This document shows, one piece after another, positions 8,701-19,097 of a stretch of 64,000 nucleotides of DNA. The stretch is from a virus: positions 1-64,000 of the IMG/VR virus record IMGVR_UViG_3300004463_001172; one strand, written 5' to 3'. Below the pieces are notes generated by a model. It made no database searches, was not told the DNA's origin, and was given only the letters and a program-made list of their open reading frames with translations. The translations under genes and the position numbers were made by a program. Position 1 is the first letter of the stretch; each line of letters starts with the position of its first letter.

Positions 8701-9111
8701 TTACGGCTGCGCCGGTTGTAGGGTTTCCCAGACCTGTGTTCCGGTGGGGGGACACGGCGAGCTCGGGGGCACCAACTCAAAGGCCATTTCAGCACTGGGG
8801 CTGCTCACCTGCCCTTTGGCATTTATTGACGTCATCATCACATAGTATTGTCCGGGAACGGTGAGCTTCATATCGACACACGGCACCGACGCTACACTCG
8901 CCAGGACAGTGGCTTGAGGAATTGTTGGATAGGTACCGGCCGTCTGGCTATAGAAAATCTGATAGCCAGCCAAATCCATCAGATGGCTGTTGGCAGGCGG
9001 CACCCACGAGAGCTTACAGGCTGCCGTGACTTTGGGGCCGACGGCCCAGGCCATCAGGGGTAGGCTGAGCCCGAGGAGGATGGAGATAAGGATTCGTGTC
9101 ATCTGTCGCAT
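8701..9111 (-). CDS. Exported FN3-like protein
   Basis: Signal peptide; LSWVPP..DLAGYQIFYSQTAGTY. Confidence 0.7.
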   Translation of the reverse strand: MRQMTRILISILLGLSLPLMAWAVGPKVTAACKLSWVPPANSHLMDLAGYQIFYSQTAGTYPTIPQATVLASVASVPCVDMKLTVPGQYYVMMTSINAKGQVSSPSAEMAFELVPPSSPCPPTGTQVWETLQPAQP

Positions 9112-9290
9112 ATCCGCTCCTATGGCACTTTCACTACGATGGGCGGTGCTGTGCCGATGTATAATTTCCCGCGAGATTCGGCTATACTGTTCTGCGCGGT
9201 CCTAGGGTGTCGACCCCGAAAACCTGGCCTCCCTGGGCCAGTTGGGCCGCACACATCTCCAGGGGTCTTCCAACCTTCAGGGAGGTTGTC

Positions 9291-10112
9291 ATGCCTATTT
9301 GGATTGATCTGACTGGCCAACGTTTTGGTCGATTGCGGGTTCTGTCTTATAATACTCATGGCCCACGGTACACTTGGCGGTGTCAGTGTGATTGTGGGTC
9401 TTACTGTATTGTCCATCGTGGCGATCTGCGTAGTGGGCATACTCAGAGCTGTGGATGTCTGCATATTGGTAGCCAATTGATTGACCTTACGGGCCAGGTT
9501 TTTGGTCGTTGGACTGTTCTTCGGTTTGACAAATCGGTTGCTGGTTCTCAGCGCGGCAGCACCAAAGCTTTGTGGGTGTGTCAGTGTATGTGCGGCACTG
9601 TCAGGTCTGTTGATGGTGCTGGTTTGCGGTCGGGCAAGTCGAAGAGTTGTGGATGCTATAGTCGTGAACTTACTCGTAGTCGTTCCAGCGGTTGCAAGAG
9701 TTTTCCAGAGTATATTGTATGGCAGGGCATGCGCAGTCGTTGTTTGAATCCGAATACCGCGAGCTATCATAATTATGGCGGTCGTGGAATTGTTATTGAT
9801 CCGCGATGGGATTCTTTCCAAACCTTCTACATGGATATGGGTCCACGGCCGAGCCCATCGCATACACTTGAACGTAAGAACAACGATCTTGGCTACGACG
9901 CGGAGAATTGTATTTGGGCACCAAGAAGTATTCAAACCCGTAACACCCGTCAAAATCATTGGATTACCTTTAATGGAATCACTTTATGCATTTCTGATTG
10001 GGATCGTCTATTGTGCTTTACACGAGGCACTATTTATAATCGGCTCTCTAGACATTGGTCTATTATTCGCGCTCTTTCTACCCCAATATCTACTAAGGTA
10101 CTTTTACGGTAA
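9291..10112 (+). CDS. Free-standing HNH homing endonuclease with DLTGQRFGRL/CxC-SCGC repeats (273 aa)
   Basis: GGAGG RBS; two DLTGQxFGR..CQCxCG..SCGC repeats; YGGRGI..TLERKNNDLGYDAENC nuclease domain. Confidence 0.85.
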   Translation: MPIWIDLTGQRFGRLRVLSYNTHGPRYTWRCQCDCGSYCIVHRGDLRSGHTQSCGCLHIGSQLIDLTGQVFGRWTVLRFDKSVAGSQRGSTKALWVCQCMCGTVRSVDGAGLRSGKSKSCGCYSRELTRSRSSGCKSFPEYIVWQGMRSRCLNPNTASYHNYGGRGIVIDPRWDSFQTFYMDMGPRPSPSHTLERKNNDLGYDAENCIWAPRSIQTRNTRQNHWITFNGITLCISDWDRLLCFTRGTIYNRLSRHWSIIRALSTPISTKVLLR

Positions 10113-10707
10113 CCGAAGGAGAACTTCCGATATTCCCCGCTGCATCCCGCGCCATGGCTTCCAAAATATATTTTTTATGCTTGCCTGCTGGGACTTTCCA
10201 GGGGCAGCTATAGGGTTTCTGGTTGCGCGTACACAGCACATTGGCGTTCTGTCCGTCCCCCCCCGTGACGGTGATCTCTACGGACACGACGCCTAAGTTG
10301 TCGGTGGCCTCCACCGCAATCGTGACCTGGCTCTTCGGAGTCATCGTGCTGTCATGGCTGGGGCTGGTGATGAGCACGATGGGCAGTTCGGTATCCACCA
10401 TCGGTGTCGGGGTCGTCAGGCTCGCTTCTGTGGCATACACGGACTCGCCCGCCTTGTTGAACGCGGTCGCGCTGAAATAGTAGGTGACGTCATAGGCAAA
10501 CCCCCCGAGCGTTACCTGGTTGATGTAGCCCACTTCCTGATGATTCGGGTAGTTGTGGGAGGTGGTGCCCCAATAGACGATATAGCCATCGACATTAGGC
10601 GGCGTGACGGCATGGGTCCAACTCACCGTAATATTCAGTGCCTGTGCGGAGCCGATGAGGGACATCAGGGTCAGAGCTATGACGACGAGTCGGCTAGCGA
10701 TGCACAT
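10093..10707 (-). CDS. Exported FN3 + Ig-like (Big) domain protein
   Basis: Signal peptide; GYIVYWGT..TYYFSATAFN; ATDNLGVVSVE..ARDAAGNIG. Confidence 0.8.
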   Translation of the reverse strand: MCIASRLVVIALTLMSLIGSAQALNITVSWTHAVTPPNVDGYIVYWGTTSHNYPNHQEVGYINQVTLGGFAYDVTYYFSATAFNKAGESVYATEASLTTPTPMVDTELPIVLITSPSHDSTMTPKSQVTIAVEATDNLGVVSVEITVTGGDGQNANVLCTRNQKPYSCPWKVPAGKHKKYILEAMARDAAGNIGSSPSVTVKVP

Positions 10708-13700
10708 ATTGGGGACCTCCCACGGTCATCACGGCTGGGATACAGGTCTCCAGTTCGGTGGTATCGCCGAACCGTTCACAGCAGGTAAAGGTCGTGCCAG
10801 GGGTGAGGCCTTCTCGCACCCGCAGGACGTGCAGATATTCGGCTTGACTGGCATCGGGAATCACGATGCTGGGCGCTGGGGTTCCGGCGCGTTTCGCATA
10901 GCCCAAGGCCCAGTTGGTCCCTCCTCGGGGTAAGTACGGTTGCAAGAGGGGCAGGCTACTACTGACAAAGGTATCGTCGCCGTAGCAAATATTGGCATCG
11001 GTACACGTGCGATCTTGGATATTGATAAATGGGCCACTCCCCTCCTGACACCATAAGTTGTGGGCGCTCGCCGGTACGGCGCCCCCAGAGTTGTTCCGTA
11101 AGCCGGTGTGTAAGCGGAAGGCACTGGGGGATGGCACGCGACAAGTGGCGTTGACATCACTTTTGGGTAACAACGTGGTTAGGGGCCGATCCGGAAACGC
11201 GCACTGGAATACTGCTTGGACGATTCCCGGCCCGACTGGTGTACCAGCGCCCGTGGCGAGGTACTGTGTGGTCGATTTGGCTCCTTCATTGTTGTTGAGG
11301 TCGACTGCACTGACCGCGATGCCATACATGGTCGCGGGCGTGAGCGGTGTGGCGAGATAAGTGGTGCCGGGTCCCACTTGTATCTCGCGCAGGGTGGTCG
11401 GCACCGTCGGCGAACTGATGGCATCAAGGTAAATCTTGTAGCTGCCATGATCGGTGTAGGGGATCGTGCCGCCGACATTGAACGCCGGAGCGGTCCACGA
11501 GAGAGTGATATCCGTGGCTGGATTGGCGCCAGCGCCCAGGGTTAATCCCGTCGGTGCGAGAGGTGCCAGCGTATCGGCCGCGCTCCAGGCGATATTGAGA
11601 GTGGGGGCGGTGCCCAAACCCGCATCGAAGCTATCGGCGGTGCGTGTGCCGCTGGGGCCATTGATGAGCAGCACGATATCTTTGCCGGGGGTCCAGTTCA
11701 CATCATTGACTAGGGGTTGTAAGAGGCTGGAGATATCTGGGCTCAAAGCGGCGGCATTCGCGGTGGCTTGGGTCCAGGTGCCTGGCGTCCAGGGCACGGA
11801 CTCGGGCCGGAGCGTCCGGTTACTCAAATCGTTGGTAGTGCCGGTAAAGGTGGCCGGGGTCAGACTACTTTGCGCCCGGATGGCCAGCACAGGTGCGGTG
11901 GTCGTGCTGTGCTGCAGGAGAAAATTATCGAAAATGGCTTGGCCGGGGGTGGGCGTACTCCCATAGGTGCCCGCTTCAATGCCCACCCGCACCGCCGTGA
12001 GGGCAAAGCCGGTGGCGGTGAGGCTATGCTGCTGCGTCCAATTTTGGCCATCGGGGGAGGTGTCGAAGACGATCAAATTACCTGTGGTGCGATGCCGAAT
12101 GCGCCACCAGCGATGCGTACTGTTACTGTAGGTCACATCAACGGTAGTAAACACGCCACCCACGATGGATTGAAATGAGAGAGTGCCGCCATCGGTGGCA
12201 ATGCGATAGTCGTCCGTATCGCTGAGCCCGATGGCGAGAATGGCATCGGCTGGACTACTCGTGATGTTTTGAACCAGTTCGACGAGCACCGCCCCATCCG
12301 TAAAATCCACTGTATTGAGGCTGCGATAGCCGTTGTAATGATTATTCGGCTGACTCGCCCGTGGGGTGATAGTCACCCGTCCCCCGGTTTCCACCACCGT
12401 CACAAGTGTATCTGTGGACGAAGAAATGATGCTATTCAGCGTCCATTTGGCGGCATCGAAGGTATTGTCATCGAAATTATCACTGAGCAGGGCTGCCCAG
12501 GTGTTCGGCGTTTGATTGGCGCGCCCGGTGAATTGCAGCTTAGTGGTATTACTGAGGGTCACCCCCTGGGGCACTTGCACATTGGCAAACCGCAGCCCCA
12601 CGAGGTTCAAGGCCGCTGGCCCCATGGCCCGATCAACGATGTCCAGGCCAGGGGTCGTCAGCGTCACCGCGCCGGTGGCCACATTCTGTGTCGCGTCATC
12701 ACTACTACTACTCACCGCGCCGACCCATGGGCTACTGATGGCGCTCGTGGTCGCGTATTGCACGGGTGTGGATGGCGTGGAGTAGTTCGGGACTTCGTCT
12801 TTCGCTTCGATCCGATAGCCATAGACTTGGCTGGCGGTGAGTCCGGTGTGGCTCGTGGTCGTGACGAGCCCCAGGTCTCCGCTGGGCAGCGCGGTGATGG
12901 GGGTACAGCCATTCCCGAGACAATAAGTGATCCGATAGCCGGCGAGGTCGGCATCTGCGGGTGGGGTCCAGGCCAGATCGATCCGACTGGAGGAAATAAC
13001 GGTTGGGGTCAGACCCGTCGGCGGCGCGGGTGGGGTGGTATCCCCTCCCGTCAAGGTATAGGGATCGACGATATTTTCTTGGTTCCCGAACATAAATAAG
13101 ACATTGGGGAAGATGCCCCAGGGCGGCCCACTGCAATTCCCCACCCCACACGCGGGCGGTGCGTTGGCGGCGCGCTGATACGACGTCGTGACCTCGGCAT
13201 TCTTGTAGAAAATGTTCGACATGGCCGAGACAAAATCTTCCGAATGGTTGCCTTCGCTGGGGGGCTGTTGCCAGTAAATGAGATGCGCGGCATCGAGTTG
13301 CGAGGAACTCGTCGTCCCATATTTTTGGATGGTGCCGTTGGCCATGCGGGCAAAGAGGAGCATCCCCGATAACAGCGAAATATTATTGCCATCGGTTCCC
13401 GCCGGCGCATAGCCGCCTGGCGAGGTAAAGGTATACAGGGAGGTATCCCCGGTACGGGCCAGCGCATCGGCCATCACCAGCCCTGAGCCTAATTGAAACG
13501 CGCCATGCCCCCAGGCGCTCCCACTCCCCGATGGGAGTCCAATGCCATCGGTTTTCCACCGATAGAGATCCGTCACCGCCCCATCGCTGAACATGGCAAA
13601 CCGGACTAACTCTTGTGCCATGGACTTACAATCCAACATGGTTTGCGCGTCGGATACGCCATTGATGCCGCGAATGGCGGCGGGCATCCCGAACATACAG

Positions 13701-14575
13701 GCGGTGACGATGCGATTCCCCCAGCGCTGGGTGAAGTCATATACCGGACTTCCCCCAAAGTAGACAATCCCCTGATTTGTGGTGTTTCCTGGACATACCG
13801 CCCCCCCCATGACCGATCCACTACAGGTACTGTAGTTGGGGGTTCCGCCGACCGCCGGGCGGGCATTAGCAAAGGCCCAGGCGGTGACGCTGCGATTCGA
13901 CCGCCCTACCACATACCGTGAGGCATTCTGGAACCAGGTTTCGATGTTGGTTTTCTCCGTGGGCGAGAACCCGGTATAGCCGCCGGCGATCAGATAGTCG
14001 TAGGCATATAAGAGGTGGCTCAACCACGAGATGATGACCATCAGATTGCCATCGAAGGCCCCGGTGATTTGATTACAGCCACTGGCCCCTGCCCACTTCG
14101 TACTATTGGCAAAATTGGTTCCGGGGAGGGTGATTTGATTGAGCAAGTCGGTGCGCACCGGTGTGGCATAACTGACATCGCCGAGGATCATGTAATGAAA
14201 CGCCGAGGCCATCATCTGGCGGCCATTGGTATAAAACATCCACCCCGGCGGGCCGTCGACATCCGGGAAGCAGGTGGAGCCGTAGGAGGCCGCCAGGGCA
14301 TCTGTCCATCCGGCCCAATAGCCATCAGTACTCGAGGAGGGATGCGCCGCGCTGCGGTAGGTATTCGCGGGATTCAGGATATCTGTGGTATACATCGTGG
14401 CATAACTGACGCCCCCGATGGTCGTACTACTTGTCCGACGGGCTCTCCAAATCGTCAGTTCCTCTTGCGTGACATGCAGCCCGAGTCTCGTAGCAGCGAG
14501 GCTTGGCCCCACGCCGCTGAGGAGGCCGAGCAGGAGGAACCCGAGTAGGCGTTGCACCGATCGCATAAGGCTCAC
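10694..14575 (-). CDS. Large exported protein: polysaccharide-lyase-like N-terminal region, FN3 repeats, lectin-like module (1293 aa)
   Basis: Signal peptide; LLYAYDYL..IETWF helical region; DTTPPAPPTGL..DLAGYRI FN3 starts. Confidence 0.65.
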   Translation of the reverse strand: MSLMRSVQRLLGFLLLGLLSGVGPSLAATRLGLHVTQEELTIWRARRTSSTTIGGVSYATMYTTDILNPANTYRSAAHPSSSTDGYWAGWTDALAASYGSTCFPDVDGPPGWMFYTNGRQMMASAFHYMILGDVSYATPVRTDLLNQITLPGTNFANSTKWAGASGCNQITGAFDGNLMVIISWLSHLLYAYDYLIAGGYTGFSPTEKTNIETWFQNASRYVVGRSNRSVTAWAFANARPAVGGTPNYSTCSGSVMGGAVCPGNTTNQGIVYFGGSPVYDFTQRWGNRIVTACMFGMPAAIRGINGVSDAQTMLDCKSMAQELVRFAMFSDGAVTDLYRWKTDGIGLPSGSGSAWGHGAFQLGSGLVMADALARTGDTSLYTFTSPGGYAPAGTDGNNISLLSGMLLFARMANGTIQKYGTTSSSQLDAAHLIYWQQPPSEGNHSEDFVSAMSNIFYKNAEVTTSYQRAANAPPACGVGNCSGPPWGIFPNVLFMFGNQENIVDPYTLTGGDTTPPAPPTGLTPTVISSSRIDLAWTPPADADLAGYRITYCLGNGCTPITALPSGDLGLVTTTSHTGLTASQVYGYRIEAKDEVPNYSTPSTPVQYATTSAISSPWVGAVSSSSDDATQNVATGAVTLTTPGLDIVDRAMGPAALNLVGLRFANVQVPQGVTLSNTTKLQFTGRANQTPNTWAALLSDNFDDNTFDAAKWTLNSIISSSTDTLVTVVETGGRVTITPRASQPNNHYNGYRSLNTVDFTDGAVLVELVQNITSSPADAILAIGLSDTDDYRIATDGGTLSFQSIVGGVFTTVDVTYSNSTHRWWRIRHRTTGNLIVFDTSPDGQNWTQQHSLTATGFALTAVRVGIEAGTYGSTPTPGQAIFDNFLLQHSTTTAPVLAIRAQSSLTPATFTGTTNDLSNRTLRPESVPWTPGTWTQATANAAALSPDISSLLQPLVNDVNWTPGKDIVLLINGPSGTRTADSFDAGLGTAPTLNIAWSAADTLAPLAPTGLTLGAGANPATDITLSWTAPAFNVGGTIPYTDHGSYKIYLDAISSPTVPTTLREIQVGPGTTYLATPLTPATMYGIAVSAVDLNNNEGAKSTTQYLATGAGTPVGPGIVQAVFQCAFPDRPLTTLLPKSDVNATCRVPSPSAFRLHTGLRNNSGGAVPASAHNLWCQEGSGPFINIQDRTCTDANICYGDDTFVSSSLPLLQPYLPRGGTNWALGYAKRAGTPAPSIVIPDASQAEYLHVLRVREGLTPGTTFTCCERFGDTTELETCIPAVMTVGGPQYVHR

Positions 14576-15261
14576 CTATACCGTGGGCGGTGGAGCAGAT
14601 GCGCCATGACTTCGGCTGGGCTGGCCGCATGGCTCAGCATCATGGCCTCATCGATCCGTCCGCTATAACTCGCGGCCCCCAGAAAACTGACACAAAAGCG
14701 CTGCCCCGTAGGCGCATTGAGCATCGGCCCTTGCGCCCCCGAGGCTTGCTCCACGGCATTGACGTAGATTTTCGAGGTATCGGTCGTGCTGTTGTACGTC
14801 CACACCACATGGTTCCAGGCGCTGAACGTAATGAGCCCCGTACTACTGGTGGGTAAATCATTGCCAAAGTAGCCAAGGGTGACTGAACCATTGGCATTGA
14901 TCCGAGCATGCACGCTGTTTTGCGTCGACCCGGCATTATGAATGCCCGCCACATCTTGCGCGGCGGCATTGCTGGTGGGAAAGATCCAGACCAGCACACT
15001 AAAGCTCGTATTCGCGATATTGACCGGCGTGGCAATATCCACGTAATCACTGCCTCCGCCTGGACAACTGAGGGCACTGGCCCCAAACTTAGCGGCTCCC
15101 CAAGTCGCCCCGGTAATCAGCGCGCCGGCATGAACGCCGGTCACATCGGCCGCTGTCGTCCCGGTGCCTTCATTGAAGCGCCATTGCGCGGAGAGCCCCG
15201 CGTGGGCGAGCAGTGGACTGAGCAGCAGGGCCAGCAAGAGGCATCGGTTAGGGTTGCGCAA
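14572..15261 (-). CDS. Exported LamG/concanavalin-A-like domain protein
   Basis: WRFNEGTGTTAAD, WNHVVWTY, YSGRIDE; TTG start inferred. Confidence 0.8.
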   Translation of the reverse strand: MRNPNRCLLLALLLSPLLAHAGLSAQWRFNEGTGTTAADVTGVHAGALITGATWGAAKFGASALSCPGGGSDYVDIATPVNIANTSFSVLVWIFPTSNAAAQDVAGIHNAGSTQNSVHARINANGSVTLGYFGNDLPTSSTGLITFSAWNHVVWTYNSTTDTSKIYVNAVEQASGAQGPMLNAPTGQRFCVSFLGAASYSGRIDEAMMLSHAASPAEVMAHLLHRPRYR

Positions 15262-18160
15262 TGGTGACTCCGAGGAGGCGGCTTGAAGCCGCCGTGGTAG
15301 TATAGTTGGCGCCATCGATCACGAGTCGCCAGAACAGCATCGTGCTGCCCGTCGTACAGGTGCCATTCGGGGTGACACTGGCCGTGCCGGTTTCGATCTC
15401 ATGTGCGGTCCACGTCAAACTAATGAGCGCTTGTGCCGCCGTGCCCCAGGTACTGTTGACCACATCACTACTGCTCCAGCGCCGATACATCGCTGAAAAA
15501 TCGGCATCATAGACCACGGCTTCCGAGACCGCGTGATAGACATGGATCGACATATTCAGCGTACTGGTGGGACAGCCGCCCACATCAGACATACGGATTT
15601 TGCCGTAGACGACTGAGCTACTGGCCGTATCCGCACAGGTGATTACGTCCGTGAGTGGCCCGCCATTGAGCTGAACCACGCCCGAGACGCAGTTCGTGCC
15701 ATCTGGGACTAAATTCACGGCATCGAGATACCGGCTGGACACGCCTCCTGGCCAGGGTTTAGCCGCATTGATCAGCAGCTTATCGGCGCTCGGTTCGGTA
15801 AAGACGCCGGTCGTATCGCCCGTGGTGGCGATTTCACTCAGGGCGACCGAGTCATTACCCGCATCATCGCCGAGGTCAAGGGTGAGGGCCGAGCCGCCTC
15901 CCGCACCGAATGGTCCCACGACGCCGGTATCGGTGCGGGCATACAGGCCATCGTTTTTGCAGTAGAGTTTGGCGCGGTCAGGATCGGTGGATGCTAGCGG
16001 ATCGGTGGTGCGGCATTTCAGGTCCCAGGTTTCCGGCTCCGCATAGGCGATGCGCATGGTTTCTTCGGCTGTGGGGGTGCCGAGTGAGAATTTCTTCCCT
16101 GGGGCGATTTCAAAGACGTGGTCGCAGAGTGTGCCATCGGACAAGCGACAGGTAAAAAACATATCCCCGCCGGATTCGAAGAGTTCAAATCGCGACCCCA
16201 GAATGGCATTGCCTGCGAGGATTAACGGCCTGGCCGCGTTCAATCCGGTAATGGTACCCGTCGCGGCATCCACGAGACTTTGGAGCGTCGGGGCCGGCGC
16301 ACTGGAGCGGAGATTGATGCCGATCTTCTGGAGCGGGCCTGGCGTGATTTCATTGGTATTCAGCGCAATGCTGCCATCATCGGACTGGAATTCCAGCGTG
16401 GCCCCATTGACCACCGCAATCGCATCGGCGGTATTGTTGCTGGAGGTAATTGTATCGCTAATCGTGGAGATCACGCCCCCGCCCGCCCCGGCAATGCTAA
16501 TGGTGTTCAAGGTGGTATAGATGGCGGAGAGCTTGACACTGCCTCCGCTAAATGCCGTCCCATTGGCGGTCACCACCACATCGGTCGCCACCCGGTAATT
16601 TTGGGGGGCGCCTTCGGGGAAATCGGGGATATCACTGACATAGCCTAACGTGCCTGGAATCGCGTTGCCCCAGCGTGTCGGATCATCAACCGTGCCCACA
16701 GAAAACGTCGTGGGGCCAGTGATCGCTAGGGTGACTTCCACGCGAATGCCCCAGACGAACGAGCCGGCTGGGATCAAGGCCGCAGCGGTTTGGGACGCGC
16801 CCACGAGATTCGATAGGGTGGCTGAGGGCGGGGCCCCTCCCGTGCCGGTGACATCGGCGGTGCACTCGATATTGCCAGCGGTATCCACTCCGACCATGTA
16901 CGGGGTCGCCGGATTGGCAGCGGCGCAATTCTTGGAATACAAGGTTCCCAGGGTACTCACCCCTGGTGTGGGGAGCCTGGCGGCGGGCACGGTGCCACTC
17001 AAGAGCTTATCAGCGTTGAGCGAGAGAATGAGCGTATCGGTGATGCAGGCGGCGGTGATGCTCACCGTATCGGCCCCGGCGGTGATACAAGTGCCTGCGC
17101 CCACATCCAGGGTGTTGCCGGTCTTGGTGAGGCCATTCCCCGCAATGATGCTGCCGCCGCCGGAAAATTGGGAAAAGGTGAGAGTCGTGGTGCCGATGGT
17201 GATGGGGTTGTTAGTGATGAGCACCCAACCACTATCCCCGAGTGTTGTGCCTTGCTCGATAAAGGTAAAGAGGCCAGCTGTCACCTCGGCGGCACTATCG
17301 CTATCCGTGCGCCGGGTGAGGACGAAGGGGTTGGACCCATCACCCACAGTGGTCAGAGTATAGATGCCATTGCGCGCCCCCGTGGGCTCATCTTTGACCA
17401 GGAGCGCTTGGTTGATGGTGAGGGTAATGCCATCGGTGAAGCCCGAGGTCAAGGCGCCATTCGCCGTGCCGGTAATTGTGGCCCCTACGCCTGCGGCACC
17501 GTTGCTGTACGTACTGGAGGGCAGTGCGACAGTGGTGGCAGCGACGACGGAGAGCTTGACGTCCAAGCCCTGGGAAATGGCATCGGCATAGGCTTTGGTG
17601 GCGTAAGTGGCACTGATATCATCGGGCTGTCCTGGGCTATGGGAGGCCGCATGCGCCAAGGTGGTGCGATTAGTCACTTGCGCCCAATCGAGTTGCGCGT
17701 CATCCCAGGTGGTGCCATTATCCCGAGCCCAGCCAATGGGCGCGTCCGTATAGAAGTAAATCCGGCCCGCAACTCCAGCGGCGGGGCGACTAGCATGATT
17801 GCCGCGCATGATGATGCCGGTACCAAGGAGTTGCGCGTTGGGCAGGGAAGCATGCGGCTGGGTGAGGACGTAAAAGGCACCGGAGGTGGCAGAGCCGATC
17901 TCACAGGTAGGGCCAGTGGTAGAGTTGATGGAGGTGACGAATTGTCCGGCCGGACACACCCCCGCGGCCCGGTTATCTAGGACAACCTGCCCATTTTGCT
18001 GGAGAATCGGCACATCGACGGTATCCCCGGCACTGAACAGCACACTATCGCCGGGAGCATAGGTTGCCGCTTGGGGGAGACTAGGCCAGATCAGCCCCAA
18101 GCTGAGCAAGAGCCAGAGCGCATAGATGCGTCGTGGATGTGTCCTCACTTGGCTCCTCAT
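15248..18160 (-). CDS. Tail-fibre-like protein with an N-terminal signal peptide (970 aa)
   Basis: ATKAYAD..DVKLSVVAATT..NGIY..LTRRTD..FTFIEQGT phage fibre module; hydrophobic N-terminus. Confidence 0.65.
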   Translation of the reverse strand: MRSQVRTHPRRIYALWLLLSLGLIWPSLPQAATYAPGDSVLFSAGDTVDVPILQQNGQVVLDNRAAGVCPAGQFVTSINSTTGPTCEIGSATSGAFYVLTQPHASLPNAQLLGTGIIMRGNHASRPAAGVAGRIYFYTDAPIGWARDNGTTWDDAQLDWAQVTNRTTLAHAASHSPGQPDDISATYATKAYADAISQGLDVKLSVVAATTVALPSSTYSNGAAGVGATITGTANGALTSGFTDGITLTINQALLVKDEPTGARNGIYTLTTVGDGSNPFVLTRRTDSDSAAEVTAGLFTFIEQGTTLGDSGWVLITNNPITIGTTTLTFSQFSGGGSIIAGNGLTKTGNTLDVGAGTCITAGADTVSITAACITDTLILSLNADKLLSGTVPAARLPTPGVSTLGTLYSKNCAAANPATPYMVGVDTAGNIECTADVTGTGGAPPSATLSNLVGASQTAAALIPAGSFVWGIRVEVTLAITGPTTFSVGTVDDPTRWGNAIPGTLGYVSDIPDFPEGAPQNYRVATDVVVTANGTAFSGGSVKLSAIYTTLNTISIAGAGGGVISTISDTITSSNNTADAIAVVNGATLEFQSDDGSIALNTNEITPGPLQKIGINLRSSAPAPTLQSLVDAATGTITGLNAARPLILAGNAILGSRFELFESGGDMFFTCRLSDGTLCDHVFEIAPGKKFSLGTPTAEETMRIAYAEPETWDLKCRTTDPLASTDPDRAKLYCKNDGLYARTDTGVVGPFGAGGGSALTLDLGDDAGNDSVALSEIATTGDTTGVFTEPSADKLLINAAKPWPGGVSSRYLDAVNLVPDGTNCVSGVVQLNGGPLTDVITCADTASSSVVYGKIRMSDVGGCPTSTLNMSIHVYHAVSEAVVYDADFSAMYRRWSSSDVVNSTWGTAAQALISLTWTAHEIETGTASVTPNGTCTTGSTMLFWRLVIDGANYTTTAASSRLLGVTIAQP

Positions 18161-18525
18161 GCGGGGCGCACGATCAGGATCAGCGATTGGCGATAATGCC
18201 CAGCCGCCGTGTCATAGAAATCCAGAAAGATTTTATAGCGATGTCCCACCACTCCAGCCTTCACGGTTAGTGTCCCAACAAAGCCACTGAGCGTGCCGGT
18301 AGTGCTGACAAGAATGGCTGCCGCACTATTGTCAGCCAGATCGATTGCACTCCCCACCACACGGCTGAGCGTGCGTCCTGGCGGCAATTGTCGCGTCCAG
18401 TCCACGCCGATCGGAAATTGCTCTACCGGGTCTTTGCCAATCGAGCCACAGGGCATTCCATCCTCCCGTGCTGGAAACACATAGCGTCGTGGTGGTGCGG
18501 CGAAGATGTGCCCGTTCGCCAGCAT
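18157..18525 (-). CDS. Phage structural/adaptor-like protein
   Basis: KDPxE..VDW motif typical of phage fibre-tail adaptor proteins. Confidence 0.55.
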   Translation of the reverse strand: MLANGHIFAAPPRRYVFPAREDGMPCGSIGKDPVEQFPIGVDWTRQLPPGRTLSRVVGSAIDLADNSAAAILVSTTGTLSGFVGTLTVKAGVVGHRYKIFLDFYDTAAGHYRQSLILIVRPA

Positions 18526-18539
18526 GGCCGACTTCCTCG

Positions 18540-18941
18540 TTACGCGATGGCGTCTGTCACCCCGTCGATAGTCGTAATGGTGCCGACTTCCGGAGTCTCG
18601 ATACGGGTGCTGGCATCGGTCATGGTAATGAGCAGTTGGATATCGTAGGCATATGGTATTTGGGGAGTGAGTAAGATGGTATCCGCACTGATCAAGTTAA
18701 AAAACCCGGTGGCTACATTACCGACGGCTCCTGTGTTCGTGATATGCCCTTCATTTAGGTCTAAGGTTGTCGTGATTTCTTTCTGAAACTTCGCATCCAC
18801 ATCAGGATCTGCGGCATCTTCTTTGACGGTGAGCCAGGCTTTCGTGACCGACCCGTTGGCGGGCACATTAGTCACCTGCCAGGGCAGTTGACGAAAATCT
18901 CCTGCTACTAAGCTTTCTATGACCCCTGCATAATTGGGCAT
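18540..18941 (-). CDS. BppU-like/structural protein
   Basis: GDFRQL..WLTVK..DT..L..YAYDIQL pattern. Confidence 0.55.
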   Translation of the reverse strand: MPNYAGVIESLVAGDFRQLPWQVTNVPANGSVTKAWLTVKEDAADPDVDAKFQKEITTTLDLNEGHITNTGAVGNVATGFFNLISADTILLTPQIPYAYDIQLLITMTDASTRIETPEVGTITTIDGVTDAIA

Positions 18942-18965
18942 CCGTGGTTTCCTTCCCTAGCCCCC

Positions 18966-19008
18966 AAAAGAAAAGAGCCCATCGCCGAGATCTCGATGGG
19001 CTCTTTTC
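18966..19008 (-). terminator. Intrinsic terminator (possibly bidirectional)
   Basis: 15-bp stem GAAAAGAGCCCATCG/CGATGGGCTCTTTTC with T-tracts. Confidence 0.8.
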
Positions 19009-19097
19009 GATCCCTGAAACCGCCGTCGCGGCCAGGGTTTGGGGTGAAATCGTTAATTATGGTTAAGATATCAGGTTTTGGGGGCTCTCGCTTCCCT

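Noticed and set aside
9120-9959. Long minus-strand ORF antisense to an HNH gene (likewise 23012-24100 and 55673-57148)
   Set aside because: Shadow frames of clearly recognisable HNH genes, with no motifs of their own
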